Assembly: GCA_023898425.1 (NCBI GenBank)
Contig: CP060222.1
Location: forward strand, 810,001-842,000
Direction: 5' to 3'
Length of the DNA: 32,000 nucleotides
Origin: Candidatus Saccharimonadota bacterium
GTDB lineage: Bacteria; Patescibacteriota; Patescibacteriia; 2-12-FULL-60-25
A program made the translations under genes and the position numbers. The stretch's first letter is position 1. Every line of letters begins with the position of its first letter. Of this stretch, positions 21,578-30,512 are shown in pieces. The notes under the pieces were generated by a model. It was not told the DNA's origin. It made no database searches and saw only the letters and a list, made by a program, of their open reading frames with translations.

Positions 21578-24500
21578 TTATTCAACAGTGATTATTTCAT
21601 TGTTGCCCATCGTTGTAATGGATGGTGCATTGAGATGCTGCATACGTGGTGCTTCAGCTGTATAGCTACCACGGCTAAAGATACGTGCTGTATACTCAAT
21701 TTTTTGTGGTTTTTCTGTTTTACAAACTACGAAATCTGCATTTGTCGCCGTTCCTTTTGTGAGATAGTACGTACCGTAATTCTCCCATGAGAAGACGGCG
21801 CGCATATTTGCTGGTAAGTAATCACGCACCGTATAACAACCGTCTTGTGTATTTTTCTCCCAGCTTGCCTCGAGCGTAATTTTTACACGGTCTCCTTCGC
21901 TCCATGGTCTCGAGCTTATACCGTCGGCGTGTGTATATGTACGCTTAATCGATAAGCCAGGCGTGCTTGGTATATTGCCTGCGACGTTTCTAACATAAGA
22001 AATATCGACTGGACCATTAACCGATGTAATAACAAGATTCTTCATCTCTTCTCGCGTAAAGATAAGCTCATGAGCAGATTGTGCATCGTTAAATACCAAT
22101 TCTTTTTCGTTTGAACCAATAGCGTATTTTAATTGGATGTCGCGATTAACAGCTGTTGCAAGCCCAGCGCTTACAAAACGCGCTTTTGCCAAAACCGGAA
22201 ACGCTTCATTCGACCAATTTGTCTTTACATAGTTCATGAGCTTCTCAGCACGTGTATCAGCAAGAAGCATAGCGAGCGCCGCAGCGTCAGCAGTGGCTTC
22301 AATGTTTTCACTCTTGTTTTCTGAAACTTCGATAGAGAGCAATTGATCATGAACAACGGCTGTACCAAGAATTTGTTCTAATAAGAACCTTGCTGCTTCG
22401 CGATTACCCGCCGCTTCCATGCCGCGCGCCAAAACCAAACGTTCACGCACCGTGAGATCTTCTACTGCAGACATACGATCTAGTTCGTAGATCACTGGCT
22501 CACCTAAGGCGGCTAAACCAGCGAGTGCACTCATTTGCATTGAGCGAGAAGATCGACGATTGTCGAGTGATGCCCAAAGGGATTGAGCGACGGTCTTTTT
22601 ATCAAGTAGCTCTGGCGCTGTAGCGGCAATTTCACTCGTGAGTTCAATATCGGTAGAACCGTATTGCTTAAGACGAATAGCTCCGTTGTATTCTACATAG
22701 TCCGTAAAGGCTGCCTGGAGTGCTGCATCATCGGCAATACCATCCGTTCTACCAAAGTAGTCTTTTAACCAACGATTTGCTAAGCGTTGCGCAATAACAG
22801 CATCCGCACGTGGATAATCTCCCCAAGCCAATTCATAGACCTGGCCAAGATAGGAACCGCGACCATGCGAAACAAAGGTTACCGCTGTCTCTGGTGCATC
22901 TGCCTCTGGAAGCGTTGTGCCTGGTGCTGCTTCAATAGACTGCAATTCGTAGTGACGGGCATGCGTATCACTAATGGTAAGCGTACGTTGAATCCCATCC
23001 GAACCTTTTGAGGTAATAACTCCGAGCGTTAATACATGAGTCCCTACGGTTGTGTTTTCGATAGCAAAGGTAATAGGTCTTCCTGCTTTGCCCTTAAAGA
23101 GTTGTTTCTGGATACCAAGGGTTGGTGCGTCAACCTCAAAAGTAACTTCTTCTTCATCAGTAAGCCCGACGCCAAAAGCACGTAATTTTATCGTTGGTTT
23201 ATCCGTTGATAAAATATCAGATGGCATCACGATATCGACGAAAATAGGTTTTGTTACGAGCACTTCTCCAGAGCTAAGCCCACCGTCCAAACGATCACTC
23301 ACACCAGCAACATCAAATTGCCATGTCGTGAGATTATCAGGCGCGACAAATGATACTTCTGCCTTACCGTTATTATCGGTACGAACAGTACCGGAGATAG
23401 CCACGTCTTTGAGATTGGTTCGGATATCTGATTTTGCGAGCATAGCTCCCCCTCCACCCATTTCGGCACCACCTGGACCAAAACGTTCTGCGTGTGTTTT
23501 TGATTCAATAAGAATCTCGTCAGCAACCCAGCCATACATTTGTTGTAATGGATTGATATAAGAACCACCCCCAAGCGCGAGCAATGCCTTATCAACCGCC
23601 GCATAGCTCATCACAACATCACTTACTGGTTCGCCTGTTGTTTTTCGCTTTGCGCTAATATCAACGGTGACATTTTCGCCTGGTGCATACGTCGCTTTTT
23701 GAGGCTTAATATCAAACGTGAGCTCGTTGTTTACGCTCGCATAACTTACGCCTCCACGCACTGTCTCAAATGCACCATCACGGAATGTTACCGCAATAAT
23801 TTGTGCATTTGGTGTAAGACGCTCTTCTAATCTGAAGTCGAGCTTTGGTGAATTTTGTACCGTGGTTTTTACAATACCGCGACTTGCCAGCACAAAGAGG
23901 ACGCCTGGCGTATTTGCCGTATCAAGCGGATCGTTACCCATGTGATAGGTCGCCGTAATCTCTTCGTTTAATTCGTAACCTGCATCGCGCATTTCACCAT
24001 CGATCATGTACTGACGCTGTGGTGCCGAGAATCGTAGTTCTGGATACACATTGTCTAAACGGTCCGGATAAGACGTATCATACATTCTCGAGATATAGCG
24101 CTCATCGCGTGCAACCTGACCTCTTTCATCAAGCGCGTCTACGTAAAAGCTATAGTGTCTATCTGCACGCATTTCTGTTTTAAACGTTGCAATGCCATTT
24201 GTATTTGTTACTAGCGATAAGACAATTGGATCATCATTAAGCTGCTCATACGTATACGTAGGCTCGTTGAGTTTTGTGATTGGATTGTAGTAGGAGCCAT
24301 TTTCTTTCTTTACATAGTATTTTGGATAGGCGGTTACTTTGACCGCTTGCGATAGCTTGCGATCACGACCAAGGTTTGGTGATTGTAAATCGTTTGCCCA
24401 AACAGAGATGGTTCCGCTTGCCGCCGTATCAACAATATCAACGTCTAGATTAATACCTACACGAGAACGGTAAAGTTCAACCGTAAACATTGTTTCTTGA

Positions 24501-26779
24501 TCAGCCTCTTCTCCAACGGTAGGACGAATATACACAAAGGCCGTTACGTTTTGATTGCAAGAATTCGTATCTTTTGGCGTGATGGCATCACAAGCAACGT
24601 ATTGGGTAGGAATCTGTACCGTAGCATTACCATTAAGATCAGTGATGACTTGGCCATGATACGTCATACCCGTAGCCTCAACATCAACTTGCAAGGTGGT
24701 ATTTGCAATAGGAGTGCCGTCAAAGAATCTCGCTCTTACAGGAGCCGTGACCGTATCTCCCATATAGTATCGATCCTGCTCAGGTAATGCCTCTATAGAG
24801 TAACTTGGCTTGATAAACTCTCTTACTTCTACGCCTTGTGTTGCGATAACTTCATTACCGTCACGAACGACTTCTACGTTGTAATTACCTTGCGCAAGAT
24901 CTGACCATTTTAGGTCTGCTGTAAAACGACCTGTTGCATCTGGGGTTGCCTGAACTTCTTGATAGACCTTAAGACCACCCGTACGAAGATCGTAAAGCTG
25001 ATCGCCTTTTGTGATGCGTACGGTTACGTCATGCAGACCTACTTTTGCCTCACGATCACGCGCAATACCAAATACCTTCATTTCATCACTTGTACGATAA
25101 AGCGCACGCTCTGCACGAATAAAGGCCATGGTGCGATTATGTATCGTCGTTGGATAACCAGGACGAACAAAATCAAGATAGGAGTAGTAACTTTGTTGCA
25201 AAGCGATAACGATAGCGTCTTTGCCATCTCCTAGCGTTAGCAATGCAAACGGCATCGCTTGTCCCAAGCTTCTCGTCGTATCTGTAAACGATGATGGAGT
25301 TGCAAGACGTGCAACACCTGTTTCGTCTGTGATGACACGCTCGTGGTCTTTTTGGATTGGTAATGCGCCGAGCGGGCGATTTGTGACTGAGTTTATTGCC
25401 CAAACATAGATGCCGTCTTTATCTACGGTTGTGTACGCCGCAATATCCGCTACTTGGAGAAGCGTCCAAGATGCCTTGCTGTTCTCAACATCTTTTGGTT
25501 CAAAGCGTACCAAGTAAAAGCCTTTATCGATTTTTGGTAAAACAATTTCTGGTGAACCGAGCTTATTATTTGTGACGTTCGCTTCAAGATCAAACGAAAG
25601 TGTCTTGTTTGCTTTTTCGTATGGATCGTTGCTTTCTTTTGTCGCATAGGCAAATCCAGGCACAGAAAGCTTTTGCTCCATGAGTGATTTTGCGACATCT
25701 TGTGTAATTGCATAACCACTTACTTTTATCGCGTTTAGCTTATCGTCACGGTAACCTAAATCAATGGTAACATCTTTATTTGATGCGCTATAGACGGTTT
25801 CTGGTACCTCGGCACGAATTTGGCGACGGTATTCTCCTGGCTTATTCGTGCTCGTTTCAAAACGAATCACCGCATCTTCGTCCATGTGTTCTTCTGAACC
25901 TGTAGGAGCAAATGTTTTTTCGAGACGAACCTCGTATAAGGTTCCGAGCGTTAATGGCTCAGTCGGGATAAAGGCTAATGTACGGCCGTAAATCTCAAAA
26001 CGTCCTTTTACTGCTGGAGTAATAGTGAACTGAGAGCCTGTCGGAGCTTCGAACCCACTTTGGGTAAATTTAAACTCAATACCTGTATTCATCGGAACAT
26101 TGCTAGCACCCGTCGCTGGGATCGATGAGACCATTTTAAAGGTCTCTTTTGTTTGCATTGCCCAAGAAAATTCACGAGCGATCGGCATCGACTCATCAAC
26201 AACCGTAGCAATACTCACTTTATAAACCGTGCCTTCTTCTAATGCCTCTTTTGGCAGAATGCGATATTCATTGTCATTTGTCTTTTCAAGTTCGTATTGA
26301 ATGGGAGGAGAAATACGCAAAGCGTCTTTTAGATCTTGTTCTTGCAGTACTATTTTTGATTCGATTTTAAAAGCTGATTCCGTATCAACGCCTTGAGCAT
26401 CTTGTTTTTCAGCGGATAACGAAAATGCATCCTGCGCATGCGCTGCAGAAATATGCAGAGCACGAATGGCTTTTTCGCCAGTAGGAAGATCTTTTGTTAC
26501 GACAAAAAAGGCGAATACCGCTAAGGCACCAGCTAAGGCAAAGCCTCCCCAAGCAAAAAACGGTGCGCGCGAGGTCTTTTCTTGAGTAATAGCTTTCTTT
26601 TCAGGGACATTTTTTGGCATAAGGGTTTTTTCTGCGTGTTCTATAAGCATGGCCCGTTGTCGGTCCTTAATATCTTTTGCGAGGACATCTGAGCGTTCAG
26701 ATGACGCTCGTTTGAGCTCTTGCGATACCTTCTCCAATGCTGGAGGAAGCATGTCATTGCGTTCAGGTTGTTGTTGCAT
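21578..26779 (-). CDS. alpha-2-macroglobulin-like giant membrane-anchored protein (1733 aa), without a thioester motif
   Basis: N-terminal cytoplasmic segment of about 75 aa, then a TM segment (FFAWGGFALAGALAVFAFFVV), then Ig-like/MG-type repeats. A2M-type segment RTNLKDVAISGTVRTDNNGKAEVSFVAPDNLTTWQFDVAGVS. No CxEQ anywhere; the protein has only 5 Cys. Confidence 0.75.
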   Translation of the reverse strand: MQQQPERNDMLPPALEKVSQELKRASSERSDVLAKDIKDRQRAMLIEHAEKTLMPKNVPEKKAITQEKTSRAPFFAWGGFALAGALAVFAFFVVTKDLPTGEKAIRALHISAAHAQDAFSLSAEKQDAQGVDTESAFKIESKIVLQEQDLKDALRISPPIQYELEKTNDNEYRILPKEALEEGTVYKVSIATVVDESMPIAREFSWAMQTKETFKMVSSIPATGASNVPMNTGIEFKFTQSGFEAPTGSQFTITPAVKGRFEIYGRTLAFIPTEPLTLGTLYEVRLEKTFAPTGSEEHMDEDAVIRFETSTNKPGEYRRQIRAEVPETVYSASNKDVTIDLGYRDDKLNAIKVSGYAITQDVAKSLMEQKLSVPGFAYATKESNDPYEKANKTLSFDLEANVTNNKLGSPEIVLPKIDKGFYLVRFEPKDVENSKASWTLLQVADIAAYTTVDKDGIYVWAINSVTNRPLGALPIQKDHERVITDETGVARLATPSSFTDTTRSLGQAMPFALLTLGDGKDAIVIALQQSYYSYLDFVRPGYPTTIHNRTMAFIRAERALYRTSDEMKVFGIARDREAKVGLHDVTVRITKGDQLYDLRTGGLKVYQEVQATPDATGRFTADLKWSDLAQGNYNVEVVRDGNEVIATQGVEVREFIKPSYSIEALPEQDRYYMGDTVTAPVRARFFDGTPIANTTLQVDVEATGMTYHGQVITDLNGNATVQIPTQYVACDAITPKDTNSCNQNVTAFVYIRPTVGEEADQETMFTVELYRSRVGINLDVDIVDTAASGTISVWANDLQSPNLGRDRKLSQAVKVTAYPKYYVKKENGSYYNPITKLNEPTYTYEQLNDDPIVLSLVTNTNGIATFKTEMRADRHYSFYVDALDERGQVARDERYISRMYDTSYPDRLDNVYPELRFSAPQRQYMIDGEMRDAGYELNEEITATYHMGNDPLDTANTPGVLFVLASRGIVKTTVQNSPKLDFRLEERLTPNAQIIAVTFRDGAFETVRGGVSYASVNNELTFDIKPQKATYAPGENVTVDISAKRKTTGEPVSDVVMSYAAVDKALLALGGGSYINPLQQMYGWVADEILIESKTHAERFGPGGAEMGGGGAMLAKSDIRTNLKDVAISGTVRTDNNGKAEVSFVAPDNLTTWQFDVAGVSDRLDGGLSSGEVLVTKPIFVDIVMPSDILSTDKPTIKLRAFGVGLTDEEEVTFEVDAPTLGIQKQLFKGKAGRPITFAIENTTVGTHVLTLGVITSKGSDGIQRTLTISDTHARHYELQSIEAAPGTTLPEADAPETAVTFVSHGRGSYLGQVYELAWGDYPRADAVIAQRLANRWLKDYFGRTDGIADDAALQAAFTDYVEYNGAIRLKQYGSTDIELTSEIAATAPELLDKKTVAQSLWASLDNRRSSRSMQMSALAGLAALGEPVIYELDRMSAVEDLTVRERLVLARGMEAAGNREAARFLLEQILGTAVVHDQLLSIEVSENKSENIEATADAAALAMLLADTRAEKLMNYVKTNWSNEAFPVLAKARFVSAGLATAVNRDIQLKYAIGSNEKELVFNDAQSAHELIFTREEMKNLVITSVNGPVDISYVRNVAGNIPSTPGLSIKRTYTHADGISSRPWSEGDRVKITLEASWEKNTQDGCYTVRDYLPANMRAVFSWENYGTYYLTKGTATNADFVVCKTEKPQKIEYTARIFSRGSYTAEAPRMQHLNAPSITTMGNNEIITVE

Positions 26780-27347
26780 ATCGTGTTATATAACGGTCTC
26801 GTAACCGACCTAGGGCGCGGTAAGCCAGCACCGAGGCATGATTGGATGAAATGTCGAGCACTTCCGCTATTTCATCCGGTTCTAAACCGGCGTAAAAACG
26901 AAGGTCTAGCACTTGCTGATCTCGTGGTGATAAATCCTTTATCAGTTCGAGTAGCTTTTCTTTCTCTATAGAGATCTCGGCATGCCATGAAGGCGAGGTG
27001 ATTTCGGATGGGAGCTCCCAGCCGTCCTCACCATCAAAGACGTACTGTTCACGATTATTTGTTTTGCGCCAATGATCTGTGAGCGTATTTGTTGCTGCTC
27101 GATAGAGATAGGCGCCTATTGAGATACCTCTCCACTCTAAGTGAGGAACCTGTTCGATAAACTTAATAAAGACTTTCGAAACCAGATCTTCTGCGGTCTC
27201 TTGATGCCCACAACGGCGCAATAAGAAACCATACAACTTGTCAGCGTATAGATCATAAATCTCACCAATGGCTTGTGGATTGGATTTGGCCCGCATAAGG
27301 AGCTGTTGCTCGTCGACACCCACATTGGGTGATCGTGTATTACTCAT
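26763..27347 (-). CDS. ECF-type RNA polymerase sigma-70 family factor (194 aa)
   Basis: Region 2 (IYDLYADKLYGFLLRRCGHQETAEDLVSKVFIKF) and region 4 (LSPRDQQVLDLRFYAGLEPDEIAEVLDISSNHASVLAYRALGRLR). Confidence 0.88.
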   Translation of the reverse strand: MSNTRSPNVGVDEQQLLMRAKSNPQAIGEIYDLYADKLYGFLLRRCGHQETAEDLVSKVFIKFIEQVPHLEWRGISIGAYLYRAATNTLTDHWRKTNNREQYVFDGEDGWELPSEITSPSWHAEISIEKEKLLELIKDLSPRDQQVLDLRFYAGLEPDEIAEVLDISSNHASVLAYRALGRLRDRYITRYATTT

Positions 27348-27365
27348 AACGGTCGATCATAGGAT

Positions 27366-27396
27366 TAATGACAGGAGTATAGCACTAATGACAGGA
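27366..27396. promoter_or_regulatory. two direct 11-nt repeats TAATGACAGGA (27366-27376, 27386-27396) flanking the extended -10 TGcTATACT of the sigma operon (minus strand)
   Basis: Exact repeats 20 nt apart. On the minus strand, TGCTATACT is the rc of 27376-27384. Confidence 0.5.
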
Positions 27397-27470
27397 TTAC
27401 TGAACACGAAAGTTACCCAATATACGATAACTCTATTCTCATGCTCCTACATACAGTCTATACTAGCTTT

Positions 27471-28043
27471 ATGTCTACTATTTCAACCACAAAGTTTGCG
27501 CTCGGAGCATTATCCGCAGTACTTATTGTGACGGGCTGGGGCTGCCAAAAAAGAACCGTGCCTACCGTACCGCCACAGACCAATCAGCCCATCGTCCCCT
27601 CTGAAGCGAGCCGTTCGGAGAATTATGCCCTCGTACCACTAAAGCAAGACCTTCAAGTTGCGCCTTCGTCGAGCAGCGCTCTCGGAGCCACTACAACAAT
27701 ACCTACTACCGGAAATTCTTATTATGAAGAATTCGCGCCATCAAAACTTCAGTTAGCCCTTGGCGAACAACGACCAATTATCTTGTATTTTTTTGCTCCT
27801 TGGGATGAGGCTACTCTTGCAAATGATCGTCGTATTGCAACCTGGATTAATGGAGATATTCGAGGACTACGTGGAATGCGAGTAAATTTTGATAATGAAG
27901 CGACCCTTCGAAAGACCTACGATGTAACGGGCGTAAACACCGCCATCTTTATCGGAACAGACGGCAAAGAAAAAATGCGACTTACCGGCTCGTTGGATGA
28001 AGAGAAGTTTCGCTCAGCGCTGACACTTATTGCTCAACAATAA
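27471..28043 (+). CDS. thioredoxin-fold lipoprotein lacking the CxxC active site (190 aa)
   Basis: Signal/lipobox LIVTGWGC. Trx-like core PIILYFFAPWDEATL, where WCxxC is replaced by WDEAT. GVNT sits where the cis-Pro motif GxPT is expected. The start at 27471 is preferred over 27441, but this is uncertain. Confidence 0.65.
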   Translation: MSTISTTKFALGALSAVLIVTGWGCQKRTVPTVPPQTNQPIVPSEASRSENYALVPLKQDLQVAPSSSSALGATTTIPTTGNSYYEEFAPSKLQLALGEQRPIILYFFAPWDEATLANDRRIATWINGDIRGLRGMRVNFDNEATLRKTYDVTGVNTAIFIGTDGKEKMRLTGSLDEEKFRSALTLIAQQ

Positions 28044-28046
28044 ACC

Positions 28047-28760
28047 ATGCTAGAAGCGTTCATTGCCTTTGCGGCAGGCATCGTAACAATAGCAAGTCCT
28101 TGTACCTTGCCACTTTTACCGATTGTTTTTGGCATTGCAGCAAATGGTAAACACCCTCATCGACCCTATGCGATCGTTGGCGGTTTTGTGAGCACAAAAG
28201 TCATTTCAATACTTGCTATTGCAACGCTTGGATCGTTTTTAGGCATCTCATCTGGCACATGGCGTACAGTTGCGGCTCTCTTTTTTGGCTTTTTTGGTAT
28301 TCTTTCACTTTTACCAACTCTGGGTGCACTCGTGTTTAATAGACTGAAGCTTGCCTTCGCAAAAGCAAGTCCAAACGACCTCATTAGCAAAACAGATCTT
28401 GGTAGCGCCTTTTTCGCTGGTGGTGCTCTCGCACTTGTTTGGGCACCATGCGCTGGGCCTGCGCTTGGCTCTATCGCTGTTCTTATCGCTTCAAGTCAAA
28501 GCATCGTACGTGGCGCATTTCTCTTAACGATTTTTGCTCTTGGCGTCGGTGTACCAATGCTCCTTATTGCAAAAAGCGGAGCAAAAGCATCAGAAAAACT
28601 CGCGCAAGTCATGAAGAGCATCCCGTGGATTCAACGCGTATTTGGTCTACTCCTTATTTTGGTTGCTTTTGTTATCTTTACCCATGCTGACATCGTCTTT
28701 CAAAACTGGATCTTAGAACATGCACCAGATTGGTATGCTTCTGGCAATTGGAGACTCTAA
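28047..28760 (+). CDS. ccdA: CcdA/DsbD-family thiol:disulfide transmembrane electron transporter (237 aa)
   Basis: Conserved Cys motifs ASPCTLPLLP and WAPCAGPALG within 6 TM helices. Confidence 0.85.
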   Translation: MLEAFIAFAAGIVTIASPCTLPLLPIVFGIAANGKHPHRPYAIVGGFVSTKVISILAIATLGSFLGISSGTWRTVAALFFGFFGILSLLPTLGALVFNRLKLAFAKASPNDLISKTDLGSAFFAGGALALVWAPCAGPALGSIAVLIASSQSIVRGAFLLTIFALGVGVPMLLIAKSGAKASEKLAQVMKSIPWIQRVFGLLLILVAFVIFTHADIVFQNWILEHAPDWYASGNWRL

Positions 28761-28763
28761 CCT

Positions 28764-29897
28764 ATGAAGACCACTCGAGTACCAAGAGCTATACTCATTG
28801 ATGTGATTCCTCCTTCTATGGATGTGATTGCAGCTGAGCGCCGACTTACTGAACTCACATCGTTACTCAATACGTTTGGTGGTATTTTGGTCGTTAAAAT
28901 GATTCAACGTCGGCAAACACCTGATTACAAAACCTATGTTGGAACCGGCAAAGTGGATGAACTTATTGAACTAGCAAAAGCAGAAAAAGCAGAACTTCTT
29001 GTCGTGAACAACCTTCTAAAACCAGGACAAGTCTATAATCTGCAAGAGCGTTTTCGCAAAGCAAAATCTACTGCCGCTGTATGGGATCGTGTTGATCTGA
29101 TTTTAAAGATCTTTGATAAGCATGCGACCACCGCAGAAGCAAAGCTCCAAATCAAGCTCGCGGCACTCAAACATATGGGTCCGCGCATTTACGGGATGGG
29201 TTTTGAAATGATGCAACAAAAAGGTGGTACCTCAACGCGTGGTGGACAAGGTGAAACAAACACTGAGCTCATGAAGCGCCATGTGTTTAAAGAAGAACAA
29301 CACGCACGCAAAGAATTAGAAAAAATCGCCATCTCGAGAGCAGGGCATCGCGCACGAAGAGAACGTTTAGGTCTAAAAACGGTATCTGTTATTGGTTATA
29401 CCAATGCCGGTAAGTCCTCACTCACAAATGCTCTTACGCAAAAAGGCGCTTATGTAGCTAATGCGCTTTTTGCTACGTTAGATACACGCGTAGGAAAGAT
29501 TTGGTATCCAAGCGAAGATGGAGCCGGCAAAGGCAAAGAGCTGCTTGTTTCAGATACCATTGGCTTTATACAAGATCTCCCACCAGAGCTTATTGATGCC
29601 TTTCGATCTACACTTGATGAGACGGTTGATGCGGATCTCTTGCTCCATGTTATTGATGTGGCTGATGAACATGTCCACGAAAAAATTGCCGAGGTTGAGG
29701 CCATTTTAGAACAACTCAAGGTTCATGAGATTCCTAAGATCTACGTCTTTAACAAAATCGATCTTCTTAAAAAGATTCCAAAGATAGCATTAAAAAAACA
29801 GTATAAAGAATATACCCCTCTCTTTGTCTCGTCTAAAACAGGCGAGGGACTTGATGCGTTAAAAACACTATTACAAAAAAAGCTTCTTGCTGATTGA
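28764..29897 (+). CDS. hflX: GTPase HflX (377 aa)
   Basis: HflX N-domain (GQGETNTELMKRHV), G1 GYTNAGKSSL, DTIGFIQDLPPELIDAFRSTLDE, NKID. Confidence 0.9.
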   Translation: MKTTRVPRAILIDVIPPSMDVIAAERRLTELTSLLNTFGGILVVKMIQRRQTPDYKTYVGTGKVDELIELAKAEKAELLVVNNLLKPGQVYNLQERFRKAKSTAAVWDRVDLILKIFDKHATTAEAKLQIKLAALKHMGPRIYGMGFEMMQQKGGTSTRGGQGETNTELMKRHVFKEEQHARKELEKIAISRAGHRARRERLGLKTVSVIGYTNAGKSSLTNALTQKGAYVANALFATLDTRVGKIWYPSEDGAGKGKELLVSDTIGFIQDLPPELIDAFRSTLDETVDADLLLHVIDVADEHVHEKIAEVEAILEQLKVHEIPKIYVFNKIDLLKKIPKIALKKQYKEYTPLFVSSKTGEGLDALKTLLQKKLLAD

Positions 29898-29940
29898 CAG
29901 CGCAAAAAAGAACCTGATAGAAAGGAAAGCGGAGGCTACA

Positions 29941-30435
29941 ATGGACATTCGTTATTTTAGCAAAACACTCCAGGGCGCTGCATTACCGCTCCCTGCTCAA
30001 TCCTTAATTTTGCTTGGACCTTCAAATTTTCAGCGACACGTCTCTCCGTATGTAGCTCTAAATAAGCATCCTCGCGTACATGATGAAACATTGTTTTGTG
30101 ATGAACTTGGACTGATACTGCATCAGAATTCACTCAATAAAAACATTAACATTCCGTGCATATTTAGCGATGCTCTACGCATCCCTTATGACAGCTTTGA
30201 CGTACTCTTCAGATATGCCGTGCTCTTCGGCCGTTATGCAGAAGTTCCGCTAACTGTCCTAAGTCAGTCAGAATATCTCTGGATCGCCCTTTTGCAAGAC
30301 ATATTACCGCACCTTTCGGTAACCATTCAATTTCAATCTCAATGTATCTACTGTCTTTATATCCGCTACAACGGACAAGAATCTAAACCCGTTACACTCA
30401 ATACCCTTCAAGCCTCTTGGCTTTTTGGTCAATAA
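29941..30435 (+). CDS. hypothetical protein (164 aa), member 1 of a tandem three-gene paralog family
   Basis: ATG after GGAGG. Promoter TTGACA (29894-29899) overlaps the hflX stop. C-terminus ...CLYIRYNGQESKPVTLNTLQASWLFGQ. Confidence 0.7.
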   Translation: MDIRYFSKTLQGAALPLPAQSLILLGPSNFQRHVSPYVALNKHPRVHDETLFCDELGLILHQNSLNKNINIPCIFSDALRIPYDSFDVLFRYAVLFGRYAEVPLTVLSQSEYLWIALLQDILPHLSVTIQFQSQCIYCLYIRYNGQESKPVTLNTLQASWLFGQ

Positions 30436-30460
30436 CCTCCAGTTTATGGAGGTTTTTCTT
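30434..30460 (+). terminator. intrinsic terminator
   Basis: AACCTCC-AGTTTAT-GGAGGTT followed by TTTCTTTC. Confidence 0.7.
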
Positions 30461-30512
30461 TCTTGACGTGCAACGAAGTTCGGCATAACGTCGTTTAGAC
30501 AGGAGGGTCATC

